Counted from the whole stretch's first letter, positions 41,705 to 55,133 are shown. The stretch: DNA of 62,879 nucleotides, filler included, from Collodictyon triciliatum (GCA_043381765.1; 13 parts of 13 records of this genome joined end to end with filler, not necessarily neighbours in it); one strand, 5' to 3'. Translations and numbers: made by a program. The notes: a model not told the origin generated them from the sequence alone.

Positions 41705-42477
41705 TTTTTTTTTTTTTTTTTATTGTTTTTTATTGTTTTTTTATTGTTTTTTATTGTTTTTTTTATTGTTTTTTTATAATTTATTATTGTTTTTTTATTG
41801 ATTTTTATTGATTTTTATTGTTTTTTTTGTTGTTTTTGTTGTTTTTTTATTGTTTTTTTTATTGTTTTTTTATTGATTTTTTATTGTTTTTTATTGTTTT
41901 TTTATTGTTTTTTTATAATTTATTATTGTTTTTTTATCGTTTTTTTATTGTTTTTTTATTTTATTGTTATTCTATTGTTCTTTTATTGTTTTTGTTCTGC
42001 ATCCCAGCACTTTCCAGCTTTTTCTGTGCAAAGACTTCTAGACTCGAGTATTCATACTTGAATTGGAATTAACGGATTGCTCCAGCATCTTAAACGGGAC
42101 ACCAACACCGGAGCCCACGAACCCAGCAGAAGCATCAGCAAAATCTTCAGCCCCGGAAAAACGCCGCCTCTCCGTGTCTTCTCTGCCTGTCCTCCTCTTC
42201 TCCGCTTTTCTTACGCTTTTCATTGTTGTGCTTCTTGTTCATTTTTTATATGGATAAAGAAGGAAAGAAAAAAAATAACTATAGTTTGTCCAGATCTCGA
42301 AAACAGGTTCTTGCTCCCATCCGAGTTTATCTTTTGGTGATCTACTGATATTGAGATATGTTCATTTAGGCCGAATACCACGAGAAAGAGAGAGGGAGAG
42401 AGGGAGAGGGAGACAAAAACACCTTCCAGGTTCGTTGGCCACTCTCATAGTAGTGCTTCTTCTTTCAAGTTGCTCCA

Positions 42478-42634
42478 ATGGATTCATCAGCAAAGAAGCC
42501 ATGGACTGCAGAAGAGGACGACACTGTTTGCCGTTTGGTTGGGCTCTATGGCCCTAAAAAATGGACAACAATTGCCACACTTATACCGGGGCGGACAGGA
42601 AAACAGTGCCGCGAAAGGTTATTGTTTTTCTTCG

Positions 42635-42676
<42 letters not shown>

Positions 42677-45600
42677 AGCTGAAGGAAAAAAGAAACAAAG
42701 CACATATCTATACATGAGTTATATACTTATTTAGTTTGCATATCACTTTATATCGCTATCCTTATTTTTTTTCACCTTCTAGTCCCTTTATGTATATATT
42801 GGTATTCCAATCAAAGTCTCTTATTGTTATTTCTACCATTCATATGATTCTTTGATCACTTTTTGAACATAGAATGTATTAATTAAACCGAGTCAACACC
42901 GTCTCTCTCGCAATGTACATACATAGATGGCATAATCAACTCGACCCAGGAATCAAGAAGGAACCGTGGACAGATGAAGAAGAAAGAATACTGAGTGAGG
43001 CTCACCAAAAACTTGGGAACCGCTGGTCAGAGATCGCGAAATTCTTGCCTGGCAGGTATGCTTAACAAAATCATTGTAATTATATGCTAATTTTTATAAT
43101 AAAAATACTAAATTATTAGAAAAAAACTTGAAATTCATATACTATTTTTATTCCAGTTTGCAATATCATTGTATATGCAGTATCAATCTATCAAAATATA
43201 AATATACTATTTCTCGCCTTATTCTTCAGGACTGATAACGCTATAAAGAACCATTGGAACTCTTCTATTCGGAGGAAGACCGCCACCACATCTCAACCTA
43301 CCAGAGAACCTTCTCCGCCCGGTAAATGACGACCGCTACGATTCAATTTCTTAACCTTTTCCGTGTAATTTTTTTTGTTCTACTTCATAAAAGTAAAATC
43401 CAATTGTACCACATTAGACTCCACAGTAGCTACCAGTGGGCGGCTACCCAACCCTAACTTCTCGCTTCCAAATTATTTTAACGTTATCCCGATGTCACAG
43501 TCACAAATGAGCTTCAAAACCAGAGCAGATGACATCATAAGCACCGAGAGCGAAGTTTCTTTTACTGTTTTTCGAAATGGATTATTTACAACTCCAACAA
43601 AACCCCAGACTATAAATGTTAGTGCCACTGACAAATAAGTTTATGATTTCATCATAGGATATACTAGTTACTCTTTTATACTGACTATGCTTCCTCGCAC
43701 TCCAGATACCGATATCTCTTGAACATACGCCCCCTAACCAGAGCCACATAAAACCTGAATCTCGCTCTCGGAAAAAGCTACGAGTATCTGTATCTGAAAT
43801 AGGTTTGATTATTTCTTCCTTTCATAATGGATACAAAACATTAACACAAACTTCTCTTCTACTCTCCCCCCCCCCCCCATCTCAATACTACTTTTGTTGG
43901 TATACTTAAGCAAAATATACAGAGGAAGATCCCCCTAAGCCTGACGCTAGTGCCGAAGTTGAGAATCGAATCTCATCAGCGGTATTATCTTGATAGCCCG
44001 AATATAATGCGATTGATACATCTTTCTTACAGTCATATCAATGCAATTGTAGGAACCGAATTCAATAGTGTACCCTGCACTTGCTCCCTCCGAAAAATAT
44101 ATGGATGGTCAGCCTGTAAATGTATATGACGTATTTGCATATTAATACTGAACTTCTGGCCACAATTTTACTTTTTTTTCGCTATTTTCTGAGAGAATCA
44201 ATGTCTTATCTCGTATATCTAGAGTAAATCTCGTTTATTCACTTCGTCTTCTAACAGTTTTTTCTACAAATCGTGATGAACCATAGTTGGACCCTATTCA
44301 ATATCCATCTATTTCTGATGCACAAATGCTACATTCCTTGTCCCCAATCACTTCTGTACGTCCAATTATATCATATTGAATTTCATATAAAAAGTTATAG
44401 AACGATGTGCAAACTTAAATAGTTGCATAATTCAGCGGACAAATCGATTCATTTTATGTTTCACTCATAATACAGAATTTCTTCGCTCTTAGCCCTTCAC
44501 AGTATTTGAACTTTCATTCCGATAATTTTGTTAGCCCGCGCGCGGGTGGTCTATCACCTAGAGGCGCTTCCCATCAACAGAGATCTATGTCATTTGCTTT
44601 TCTCTTTTCATATTTCCGTTTTGAATCGCCGGCAATAAATTATATCGACACTGATGCGACAACTGTTCATGATATTCAATTTATTTGTGTAAAATAAATT
44701 AAAATAATTTCAACCGATGGTTTGCTCATTTTTTATCGGTATTTTCTTTGTGTATTTTAGGGATAGTAAAGCATCACAATCTCCTCGTGCTGGACATGGG
44801 CACAGTTATCAAATGTTTGGCTCGCAACACGGACTTGTGAAATCGCCGCATTTTCATCCATCTCCAAAGACTCATGCCCAGCTTTTCTCACCACTCAACC
44901 AAGGTGTTTCAAATAGCAATTTTTGGTCGCATTCGACACCCAACTCTTCTTCTTCAAAGAGGGATGATACAGAAACGTGTGAGACTGTAACAGAGGCAAC
45001 AAACACAACCCCCCAGGGAAAATCTGGCCTAAACGAGGGAGAAAAGAATGTAGGGGAGCGAGAGGGCAATCCTGCTGAAAATCTGGAGAAAGCATTCAAT
45101 GACTCAATTTCTCGGCCGTCTCACGAGTTGTTTCAACCTCCGACTGACTTGAAAGACCAAGCTTTGAGAAATACCAACACAGCAGTCAACCACGAGATGA
45201 AAGCACCTCAACATGCATTCAACGGTTCTTCGCACTTCAGTGGCCACGGAAGCCATGTGTTCGGCTCTTTGCCATCGCCTCTTCGATTCACGCCACGGGG
45301 CGGATTCATTCCGAGTCCAGGGACTTTCTTTCCTGAACTTTATTCATTCTCTCCGATGGGACAATCGATGGGATATTCGTCCTCGTTTTACCCGAAAAGT
45401 CCTGGGAATGAGATAGATTACGGGCTCAATGTAGGAACACCTTTGGGTTCACAGACTCTGTGGCCATTTTGGCCGTCTTCGAGTAAAGGAGAATTCTCTT
45501 TGCCCACACCTACGTTATCAAAGCCTCTTGACACAACTACTGTGATTACTGCAACACACTCGACTGCAAATGAACAGTCTGGAATTACTACCTCAAATAA

Positions 45601-46224
45601 AGAGTTGGCTGCCGTTGGGGAAGGCAAGATACATGAAGCTCTGCCACAAGCTGAAAGTTCTGTTCTGAATGTCGATGATCCAAACATCCCTGTAACTCTT
45701 CGACTTCTTGCTGCATCCAATCGTTTTGGACATACACATTCTAGCCATGTACCCCTTCACTCGTTTCAGCCCTCCTCCATCTCGGGAAGAGACGAAACTA
45801 TGGGGCAAGTAGACTCTTTGCCCACCTTACAAGACAAAACAACAAGTATGGTCCTGATTCCGTTCAAAGTTTCCAAATATTGTCTTTTTTCTTGCTTGTT
45901 AAAGTGGAATCCTTTCTTATTGGGTGTCCTTTTAGATTTATTTATTTCGGTTTAGTTATGTATTCATATATTACTTCAGATCCAAGGGCAGACAACTCCG
46001 CCAATCCTCAACACAGAATAGCACAGCCAAGCGACTTCACCAAAGCGCTTCCTCCCATTGTGTCCTTTGGTCATGTTGTGATGACTTCGCAACAGCAACA
46101 GATACTACCGCACCTACAACAATCCGTACACCCTGAAAATATTGTTGCAAAAGGAGAAGCCCCATCTCTTTTCCACTTGGCCGCACATCCCACTTCGAAA
46201 TTGCGTCGCTCTAATTCATTATAA
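42478..46224 (+). CDS. R2R3-type MYB transcription factor with long S/P-rich tail
   Basis: KKPWTAEEDD..GPKKWTTIA..GRTGKQCRER|WHNQLDPGIKKEPWTDEEE..LGNRWSEIAKFLPG|RTDNAIKNHWNS. Confidence 0.93.
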
Positions 46225-46329
46225 TCCTGTGAGATACACATGGAATCTGACTCGAAATTCATGGGCAAGGGTTGATAAACAAACACTAAACCGTATTGAG
46301 CGACACTAATGTGAATGTGAATTTTGGCA

Positions 46330-46371
46330 TGATATCTATATATACTTAATATTAAGTATATATAGATATCA
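46330..46371. repeat. Perfect 42-bp palindrome
   Basis: tgatatctatatatacttaatattaagtatatatagatatca equals its own reverse complement. Confidence 0.95.
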
Positions 46372-46748
46372 CTTTAACCCTGCAATCTCGAAAATTCACC
46401 TGGAAACCGTTCGCTGATACTATATTTGNNNNNNNNNNNNNNNNNNNNNNNNNNNNNNNNNNNNNNNNNNNNTTAATTAATTAANNNNNNNNNNNNNNNN
46501 NNNNNNNNNNNNNNNNNNNNNNNNNNNNAAAAGGAAAAAGAAAAAAGAAAAAAGGAAAAAGGAAAAAGGAAAAAGGAAAAAGGAAAAAGGAAAAAGGAAA
46601 AAGGAAAAAGGAAAAAGGAAAAAGAAAGAAGAAAAAGAAAGGAAAAGAAAAAGAGCAAAAAGAGCAAAACAAATCTATTCGCATGCTATGCCTAACCCAG
46701 TGCTCTCACCAACTTTCTGTGGTGCTAAGGCTGTAGGACGGCGCACAC

Positions 46749-48623
46749 ATGGCTGCGGAGCCATCCTCTGAAATGACATCGTCTATGAACACAGAAATAT
46801 TAAGTCAGGATATTCCACCAGCAGAAGGGGCTCGGAGAGAAGCATGGGGCCTCCGTGGGAAACCTCAGCAACAAAGACAGTTAGACACACAAAGGTCATC
46901 TGTAATTAGGTTGACACTTGAAAAAAACACAAAAAGGATTCAAAGGAGAAAGACCGTTCTCACACTTATCTTGCGCGATGAGAAGCATCTGAACACAGTC
47001 ATATCTTTTTACAAGCGAAGGCCCACCACTTACCTGTTGGCAGTTTTGTGGTTCCTGTGTACAGTAAACTCTCTCTGCATAAGCTTTAACAAACCTCTGC
47101 TTTCTGCTCGCCTGTATCTTCCGATGCAAATGGTTTACACCCTGGGTTTTTTTTTCCAGCACGCAATATTCTTGCGAGTGGATATCATAAGGGAGCTAGC
47201 ACGTTCTTTCAACTTCTGGTTTACTGTGTTTAACACAGTTTCCTTTCACTGCTGCTACATCGCGCTTTGGGGCCCCAACATAAATGTCCTTTGCATGGTA
47301 ATTCATTCCATATCCAGTCTGTGCATCCTAATCTTATACGATGCCCATGCCGCGAAACACCCCTTTATTATAAAGTATGCGACGCTGGTTGGATTGGTTT
47401 CATATATACCCATATTTGTGGTTCTGGTGCTGCAATTATATCCCTTCCAGGAAGAAAAGGTTCGACTCCGCACAACTGGAATGGAAATAATGAACATAAG
47501 GCTTCAAGCAATAGACAATCTAACGACTGTGTTTGTCTATATTCTGCGCATTATGTATTACCATGTTATCCTCAGGAAAACAACAACCATCGCCTTCTTG
47601 TCAGATTTTTACGAAGTGGACCCCAGCATCTGGTCACACAAAGCGCCCATGATAATCGAAGATGGACCTCCAGTCTTTGATGCTGTGCAACACATTACCG
47701 AACAAAGCACATCAGCAACCATAGTTTTTCTCGCAGAGAGCACAAAATCACCCTCACCACCGGATTGTGGAAGTAACTTTATCAAAGAATTGAAAAGTGA
47801 GCCAACCTTTGAAAACAGGTGTGGTAACAGCAGAGATAGAGATGTTCATGACAAGATTGAGGAACCTAGGGTCATGAATCACCCTCGTGAGTTAACGCTT
47901 GTTATTGGGATTTTAGAAGCACAAACAGTGGAGTATGATTTACATCACACTCTTTTTCACCGAGTAATAAGACTAAAATACCCGCGCATCGCTGCCATTA
48001 TTAAATCGAGGCACTACAACATCATGGCCATAGTTGTAAGTCTCTCGGCAACGTTCTTTTCGTGTGTTTTGTCCACAGGTATACACTTGGGAGAAGATTT
48101 CCGATTGACTGGAATAATAGTGACCTCGGTGGGTATAGTACTGGTGTGCATGCAGATAATCATAACGTGTAACTTTACCATGTTTCGGTACATGACCCAC
48201 TCGTTCGATTACTGGTATGTCCTGTATCTGGTGCTGAAGGTCATTGTATCATCCGGGGTGCTATGCCGTTGGGATAGCCGCATGGTCTTTTGGGTTTACT
48301 CAGTCTTGACGATGAACTGGTGTATCATGGTAGACACATTCGGACTGAAGTTCCGTACGTCCTCCTACATATCTATCGTCGGGGTGGTATGGGCATTCGC
48401 TGTGGCCGTGCTCTGCAAACTTGAAGTTGGAGACACCTTTGCCCAAGACACACTGGTTGGGTGGCGTGGGAATGTTATCTTCTCTCCTCGAATCACCCTG
48501 TCAACCTCAGCTTTTTCTGTCAGCATCTTTGCCTTTCGCTTCTTCTGGAGCTACTGCAAAAACCCGCGGCGTATTCTTTTCATCACAGAGAACGTCCGAG
48601 TCGAGGCTATCAACGCCGCGTAG
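46749..48623 (+). CDS. Intronless multi-pass membrane protein with two homologous halves, function unknown
   Basis: 624-aa ORF with two hydrophobic blocks separated by a polar loop; IIRELARSFNFWFTVF corresponds to MFRYMTHSFDYWYVLY. Confidence 0.85.
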   Translation: MAAEPSSEMTSSMNTEILSQDIPPAEGARREAWGLRGKPQQQRQLDTQRSSVIRLTLEKNTKRIQRRKTVLTLILRDEKHLNTVISFYKRRPTTYLLAVLWFLCTVNSLCISFNKPLLSARLYLPMQMVYTLGFFFQHAIFLRVDIIRELARSFNFWFTVFNTVSFHCCYIALWGPNINVLCMVIHSISSLCILILYDAHAAKHPFIIKYATLVGLVSYIPIFVVLVLQLYPFQEEKVRLRTTGMEIMNIRLQAIDNLTTVFVYILRIMYYHVILRKTTTIAFLSDFYEVDPSIWSHKAPMIIEDGPPVFDAVQHITEQSTSATIVFLAESTKSPSPPDCGSNFIKELKSEPTFENRCGNSRDRDVHDKIEEPRVMNHPRELTLVIGILEAQTVEYDLHHTLFHRVIRLKYPRIAAIIKSRHYNIMAIVVSLSATFFSCVLSTGIHLGEDFRLTGIIVTSVGIVLVCMQIIITCNFTMFRYMTHSFDYWYVLYLVLKVIVSSGVLCRWDSRMVFWVYSVLTMNWCIMVDTFGLKFRTSSYISIVGVVWAFAVAVLCKLEVGDTFAQDTLVGWRGNVIFSPRITLSTSAFSVSIFAFRFFWSYCKNPRRILFITENVRVEAINAA

Positions 48624-49043
48624 CTTTTCCTCTCTTACCTCTTTCTCGATGCCCATTTTATCTGCTCCCTTTTTTCTTTCTTTCGTGTACTTCTCATAGT
48701 TTGGATATATTTATTCTTGCGGACAGAGTCGCTTCTTTTGACACGCCTCACGGGAATTAAGCTGTCACGGTTTGCAATCGAACAGAGAAAATAGTATGCA
48801 GCACTTTGGAGGATTATGTAATAAAGACAATGAGGCTAATGACAAGTCTGGACTCCTTCTTTTTTTTTGTTCTCGTCCTTTTCGCTTTCTTTTTCTTTTT
48901 CTTTTTCTTTTTCTTTTTCTTTTTCTTTTTCTTTTTCTTTTTCTTTTTCTTTTTCTTTTTCTTTTTCTTTTTCTTTTTCTTTTTTCCCCTGCCCTAAAGC
49001 CCGGCGGATCCTCAGCGGCTGCATTACACAACCAGAGGACCAC

Positions 49044-50784
49044 ATGATTGGCCAGAAAGAGCGCAACTTCTTCCGTTTTCTTGTGACTGAGTCATGGGCC
49101 ACATCCTGGCTCATCATCGCGCTGCTTACCGCTCGCAAGCCAAGGTACGGCCTCAAGTATGTCGGTGCATACTTTCTGCTTTCACAGGCTCTCCAACTGG
49201 GTCGCTGGCTTCACAAGCACTTTCTGCGCAAACCCTTGCCAAACTTACCCCGCAAGTATGGAGGATGGGCTCGTGAGTTTGTCTTCTCGCTCATCTGTTT
49301 TTGTTTTATTTTACTGGGCCATGGCCGTGTATACTCACATGCGTGGATTTTGCCATTTTGCTCAGCTCCTTGCAAAGTATGCGTCTCCCTATATTTACTT
49401 TTTGCTCGGGGAGTTGTTTTTTTTTTCCCACCTGTATATATTTTGCCTTTATTCTTTATTATCTGTCATTCTTTTTTTTTTTCATTCATATTTCTCACCT
49501 CGTTTTTCATAACATTATTATTCTATTTATTTTCTTTTTCTGTTCTTTGTTTTGTTTTCCATGCCTTATGTCCATCTTCCTTCCATTTCATCATGGCGCA
49601 GTTGTGACTGGGGCCTCTGACGGTATCGGGCGAGCACTTTCCATGGAACTAGCGCAGCGCGGGTTTCCTGTCATCCTTGTGTCTCGCACCCAGACAAAGC
49701 TGGACTCTGTGGCGGCCGAGATCAAGCAGCGTTTCCCAGAGGTTGGCGTGCGTTGTTTGTGTGCAGACTTTGCTGACCCCGAGAGAAAATGGATCCAAGT
49801 GGTGAAGGAAGGAACGCAGGATGTGGAAGTTGGTGTGCTCATCAATAACGTTGGCTCGGCAGATTCAATCCCCACCAACTTCTTGGATGTTCCAGAAGAG
49901 TTTATGATGCAGATGTTTGAGCTTAATATCTTTTCAGCAACCATCATGACCAGACTCCTTATGCCTCAGATGGTAGCAAGGTAGGCCCCATGGCAATGAA
50001 TATAGTCTTGCTGCATGCAAAATGCATCGTTCTCCAATACAACTCTTGAATGTATGTTTTATTTTCATCGTGGTACAATTCTCAATCTTCGTACAGAGGA
50101 CGAGGTGCGGTGATCAATGTAGGCTCATGTTCGGCAGCTCACCCGACTCCCATGCTTGCGTTATATTCGTCAACTAAAGCATACCTTAGACAGCTGACCG
50201 AGTGTATTCACCACGAGTAAGATTTGGGTCTAAGTGTACGAAGCTTAGCTCCTTTGACTTCATTATGTTCACATATCTATGTATGCATTCGGTATCTCAT
50301 TTGTAGTTGTATGTGACATTTAATGAACGCTTGGTGGATGTCTATTCATTGTAAGATTCATCCCTAAAAGACTAATGGAATGTTGTATGCGATTATAGAT
50401 ACAAAGAAAAAAACATCGACGTCCTACACGTGTCTCCATATTATGTGGTGGCTGAAAAACTTCAAATCGATTTGTGAATATCACTTCTTTTTTTTTGAGG
50501 GGGTCTCTAAATCGATTTCAATCATATCTAATGCAAAGGTCTCCAACTTGAGTAAGATAAAGAAGGCCACCCTGCTAGTCCCAACGGCTGAAACCTTCGC
50601 TCGGGACGCAATGAGAGACTTGGGTCATGGAGAGCCATATTCCAATCCGTACTGGGCGCACGCTGCACTTGAATGGTTTTCCCGCATATACTCGCAAACT
50701 CCTCAACGTTTGCATCTGACCATGAAAAGGTCACGCGAGCGAAATCTAGCGCGAACATCATCCCCACACACAGCATCCTCGTGA
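49044..50784 (+). CDS. SDR, very-long-chain 3-oxoacyl-CoA reductase (KCR/17-beta-HSD12-like), 5 exons
   Basis: GWALVTGASDGIG, VGVLINNVG, catalytic YSSTK and PYWAH motifs; GT-AG junctions in frame. Confidence 0.9.
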
Positions 50785-50917
50785 GAGCAGGACAATCTGC
50801 TTTGCCAAACTAGACAGGCAGCAATAAACACCTTCGATTGCTATGTTTTCGGTGCGACATTGGTTCGATGATAGAACTGGGAAGTAAGCACGCCTTGCCA
50901 CAATCTCAAAGCTTCCG

Positions 50918-51331
50918 TTGTTGGTGGAAAACATCTTGACACAAGGCTTCGCAAGTTGCAGCCAGTTCTTCAGGTTCCAACGCTGGTGCGGAAAAACCCC
51001 CGAGTTGCATGTAAGTCTAGGAAGAGCCGTGCAAGGAAGCCGCCTGCAAGTCTATCTGGTCGGACAGTATTTTTGCATGGTGTTGAGCAAGCTTCTTTGC
51101 CACAAGAACCAGCTCCCTGCAAAGTTTACAGTCATAGACAAAAGGTGTCCAAAGCGCATCCTCAAAGAGCGTCCGCCAGCCGCGAACAAAGAACGGCAAG
51201 TAAAAGCTCTGCAAAAGAATACACCTGCCAAGCAGACAAGCAGCAACGGGGTCAAGGAAGCCAAGGCCAGGCAACAACTGAGCCCGCAAGACTCACAGCA
51301 GATACGCGCATACAGCGACAGCGACGATGAC
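50918..51331 (+). mobile_element. Dispersed repeat, second copy with a locally open frame
   Basis: 51089-51331 is homologous to the reverse complement of 15916-16157 on another scaffold; truncated by the scaffold end. Confidence 0.6.
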
Positions 51332-51431
51332 NNNNNNNNNNNNNNNNNNNNNNNNNNNNNNNNNNNNNNNNNNNNTTAATTAATTAANNNNNNNNNNNNN
51401 NNNNNNNNNNNNNNNNNNNNNNNNNNNNNNN

Positions 51432-51547
<116 letters not shown>

Positions 51548-51570
51548 GAAAATAAAATCCCTACAGCAAC

Positions 51571-52650
51571 ATGAAGGAGGAGGAGAAGAAACACGCTCTG
51601 CACCGCCTGGACAAAATCAGCAACGACCTGGCAGCCTTCACAGCGCTCCTTGCAGACTATGTGGACCACGCATCACACCCCCAGGACAATGAAGCAAAAA
51701 CCGAAGCAAAAACCGAAGCAAAAACCGAAGCAAAAACCGAAGCAAAAACCGAAACAAACACGGAAACAAACACCGAAGCCGAAAGCGAGCCCAGCCAAGC
51801 CGACGTCCACTACCGCCTGGGCCGGCAACACGGGGCAGATGCAGCAGAGGCCTTCCAGCATTTCCGCGCAGCCGCACAACTCGGGCACACGGCAGCCATG
51901 TATCGACTGGGCCTCTGCTTCAAGCACGGCACCGGCACGGAACCCAACGCACCGGCGGCTCTCGAATGGCTCCAGCGCGCAGGCGAATCGGGCCACGCAG
52001 ATGCGGCCTTCTATGCCGGGTCGCTTCTCTCGCAGAACGGCCCGCGGCCAAATCCCGCGCAGAAGACGGCGTTTGCGTGGTTTTGCGCTGCCGCCGAGAA
52101 GGGCCACGCATATGCGCAGTATCGCGCGGGATATTGCCTGGCCAAAGGCATCGAGACGGCCCAGGACATGGCCAAAGCCGTCCGCTTCTATCGCATGGCT
52201 GCGGCGCAGGGCGTTGCTGAGGCGCAATGCAGCCTGGCAAACTGTCTCTACAACGGAACCGGGGCGGAGCAGAACTATGCCGAGGCTGTGCTTTGGTATG
52301 GATCTGCGGCCAAGCAGGAGAATCCGTATGCCATGCATGCCTTGGGCATATGCTGCGAGTTTGGGCGGGGGCTGGAGAGAGACCCCGTGAAGGCCGTTGC
52401 GTGGTACGAGAAGGCGGCGCTTGCAAAGATTCCGCCTGCCTTGATGAGTCTTGCTCATTGCTATGAGGCTGGAATTGGCGTGGACAGGAATCTGCGTGCG
52501 GCATTGGCTTTGTACAAGCAGGCTGCTGATGCCGGTGTTACATCTGCAAAGGAAAAGTGTCTCTCGATTCAGCGGGCAAACGCCGCAAGAAGGTCGCTTC
52601 CCTTGCCCCTCCCGCCGTTGTCTAGCGGGGCTGAATCGTCGTCTAAATGA
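51571..52650 (+). CDS. Sel1-like repeat protein, intronless and GC-rich
   Basis: About 7 SLR units (e.g. AMYRLGLCFKHGTG..A..W..RA...G) and an N-terminal EAKT tandem repeat. Confidence 0.92.
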   Translation: MKEEEKKHALHRLDKISNDLAAFTALLADYVDHASHPQDNEAKTEAKTEAKTEAKTEAKTETNTETNTEAESEPSQADVHYRLGRQHGADAAEAFQHFRAAAQLGHTAAMYRLGLCFKHGTGTEPNAPAALEWLQRAGESGHADAAFYAGSLLSQNGPRPNPAQKTAFAWFCAAAEKGHAYAQYRAGYCLAKGIETAQDMAKAVRFYRMAAAQGVAEAQCSLANCLYNGTGAEQNYAEAVLWYGSAAKQENPYAMHALGICCEFGRGLERDPVKAVAWYEKAALAKIPPALMSLAHCYEAGIGVDRNLRAALALYKQAADAGVTSAKEKCLSIQRANAARRSLPLPLPPLSSGAESSSK

Positions 52651-53371
52651 GACATCTTGCTTCGATTTTCCTTCCTTCTCTCTCTCTCCCTCTCTCTGTC
52701 TTTTTTTTCTTATATTTATTGGTTCATATAAATGGAGACTATGTTGTTCAATCTTACTTTGTTCTATCACGCCGCTGGATGTGTGTGTAGCATCTTGGTT
52801 GGGCTGCCTCCCTCGTTTTTTTCTGGTGATTGTGGCGAAAATGTGCAGATGTGCCGGCGTCGTTGTGCCCTATTCCAGATTTGTATGGATATCTGGATTC
52901 ACGGAATTTTCTGTGATTGCCCGCCGATAGGGATCAGTGATTGATCACAACAAAGGCAGATCATTTTGCTGCGTTTGAGTGTGTTCGAATCCGAATCACA
53001 ATGCTGATCACAACTGCCTCAGACCACCCAAACACTCCCCGATGCGCTCATGCCTGGCGCAAAGTATACCACATATTAAACTCTTTTCATTACGGTTCTA
53101 CTTTCACAAGTTCTTGTTTTTCAACAGGAATCAAACGAACACTTTTTTCGAAGTTGGATGTGGGGCTTCTTTTGCTTTTGTCGTTGTTTTTGTTTTTTTT
53201 TTCGCAGAAGCAGCGATTATATTTGTCCAGAACAGTGTCTCACGCTAGTTCTTGGTCTTTTTTCTTTGTTGTAGGAGCTGTCTTAGACTCGCCTTGGTTA
53301 ATATTTCTGTTCGTAGAAAGGCTCTAATATACTTGTAAGACTTACGCGTTTCAAGAAGCTTAAAAAAAAAT

Positions 53372-55133
53372 ATGTCACAGGTAATTAGCCATGATTCTAG
53401 AGAAGATCATACATCGCGCGGGTTACCATTATTTCTTCTTAGCTTCTCTTAATCTGCCGGCATGCTTTCTTTCTCAAACCTCTGTTTATTTATACACACT
53501 CCAGGATAAACTAAACGTCTTTCTAAAAGACTGTCTTCGCTTCGGTGTCTTGAAAGTACGATTATTTTTGTTTTTGGTTTTTCTTGTTTACTTCTTTTAT
53601 TTTTTCATCTTCATAAATTGCAATACAATTCATTTGGTTCTGGTAACACTGACGGACCATTGATGAGACAATTATCTTTTGGGTGACCGATGCATAACTG
53701 TTCGATGTCTATTAGGGATTCCGCCACTTCTCGTTATATCTCCGCGGCAGAGAAGAGCTTATCATCACACTGAAGACTGTCTCTCGGCCATCTCTTAGTC
53801 CAACTACTGTTACTCCAAAGTATGTCATTAAATATCCGTATTTAGTGAAATCAATCGGCTCAGAAACTTTGCATGTAATTAGACCGATAAATTATAAAGA
53901 AGAAGCGAAACTAACCTATGTTACTCTTTTCTGGATGCCTCTGTCGCTATAGAGGATTCGTCAAGACACTATCGACAATACCCAATGGATTGCCACCAGC
54001 AAGCCCGTGTGCAAAAGACCTTGGAGTGCGTGAATCCATTTCATATCGATTGGGCGAAATATTGCCGAAGAGTGAATATTAAATGATTTGTCTGTTGTGG
54101 TTTTAAGGTATAAATATTTCCTTTTCTTTTATGTTTTTTTTTTGTCTAAAAAAGGAGGACCAAGATGCAATATTTCTCATTGGTGGCTATGCCAGATACA
54201 AAGTGCCTATGGTTTGGGTAAGGGAGCGTAATCTTGTTCATATATATAAAAAGCGTGTTTAGTGTGGATAACTATCAAATAATCACCAATTGATCACAGC
54301 TTCGTTCAAATCATACTCGGCTTTTCGGCATATCCAGTGAAAACGGGAATGAAAAGGATTTGCCGATTCAGCTTTCCTGCCTCGCATCCTTCAAAACTGG
54401 GCGTAAGAATCTTGACAACTGAGCTATAATAATTTATTTATATCACCATTTGTGAGTTTGCTTGTGCATATGTTACCCTTTCTCTCATTATTACTAATAA
54501 AAAAAATTTTTAAAAAAAAAGAGAAAAAAAGTATTTGTCCATCACATGCATTTCCTTCCATTTTTTTTCTCCGTCATCTCCTCTGGTATTATCATATATG
54601 AGCTGTATGCTGATGCTGTAATGTTAATATCCCTCTGACAGAGTTGAAAGTATGGGATATCATCATCGAACTGGTGAACAAAGTTGTCTACCCAATACCT
54701 GAAAACCCATTTGAGATAGACTATGAACAGTTTGAGCACATGGAGCCATTCGAAAGGATGTTGGCCTCGGCAGCAATGGTCAACTTCCTTCGAAAAATTC
54801 TCCTTTCAGAATACCCGAAAGCTCATATGGGTAATCCTTTAATTACCGCTCTGCACACCTTACTTCTCTTTCTTTTCATTTTTCATATTTTTCATATTTC
54901 TCATTTTTTTTTTGATATTTCTCTCCAGCGCATATTCCCTCCACTTCTGAATTCATCACGTCTGGTGTTTCGTTTTTTATTATTATTATTCGGTGCTCCG
55001 TCATTCGGATGCGCAAGCAAATATTCATGTATTGTGACTTTCAGTGTATCACGACATCCAAGGCCTGCTGAACGTCCACTTTATGGAAGTGGCACAAGAC
55101 TTGACTCCTGCAAGCGACGTTTCGAAGCAGTGA
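53372..55133 (+). CDS. Conserved-looking uncharacterised protein, 8 exons
   Basis: In-frame splice MSQ|DKLNVFLKDC..LK|GFRHFSLYLRGREEL..|..|FLIGGYARYKVPMVW|LRSNH..KDLPIQL..|LKVWDIIIELV..PENPFEID..|VYHDIQGLLNVHF..*. Confidence 0.8.

Noticed and set aside
51638-52770. Long antisense or overlapping ORFs over the Sel1, Atos and 56.6-57.7 kb genes
   Set aside because: Expected shadows of GC-rich coding sequence.
53381-53400. 20-nt micro-intron gtaattagccatgattctag
   Set aside because: A single intron 53381-53504 gives an in-frame MSQ|DKLNVF more simply.
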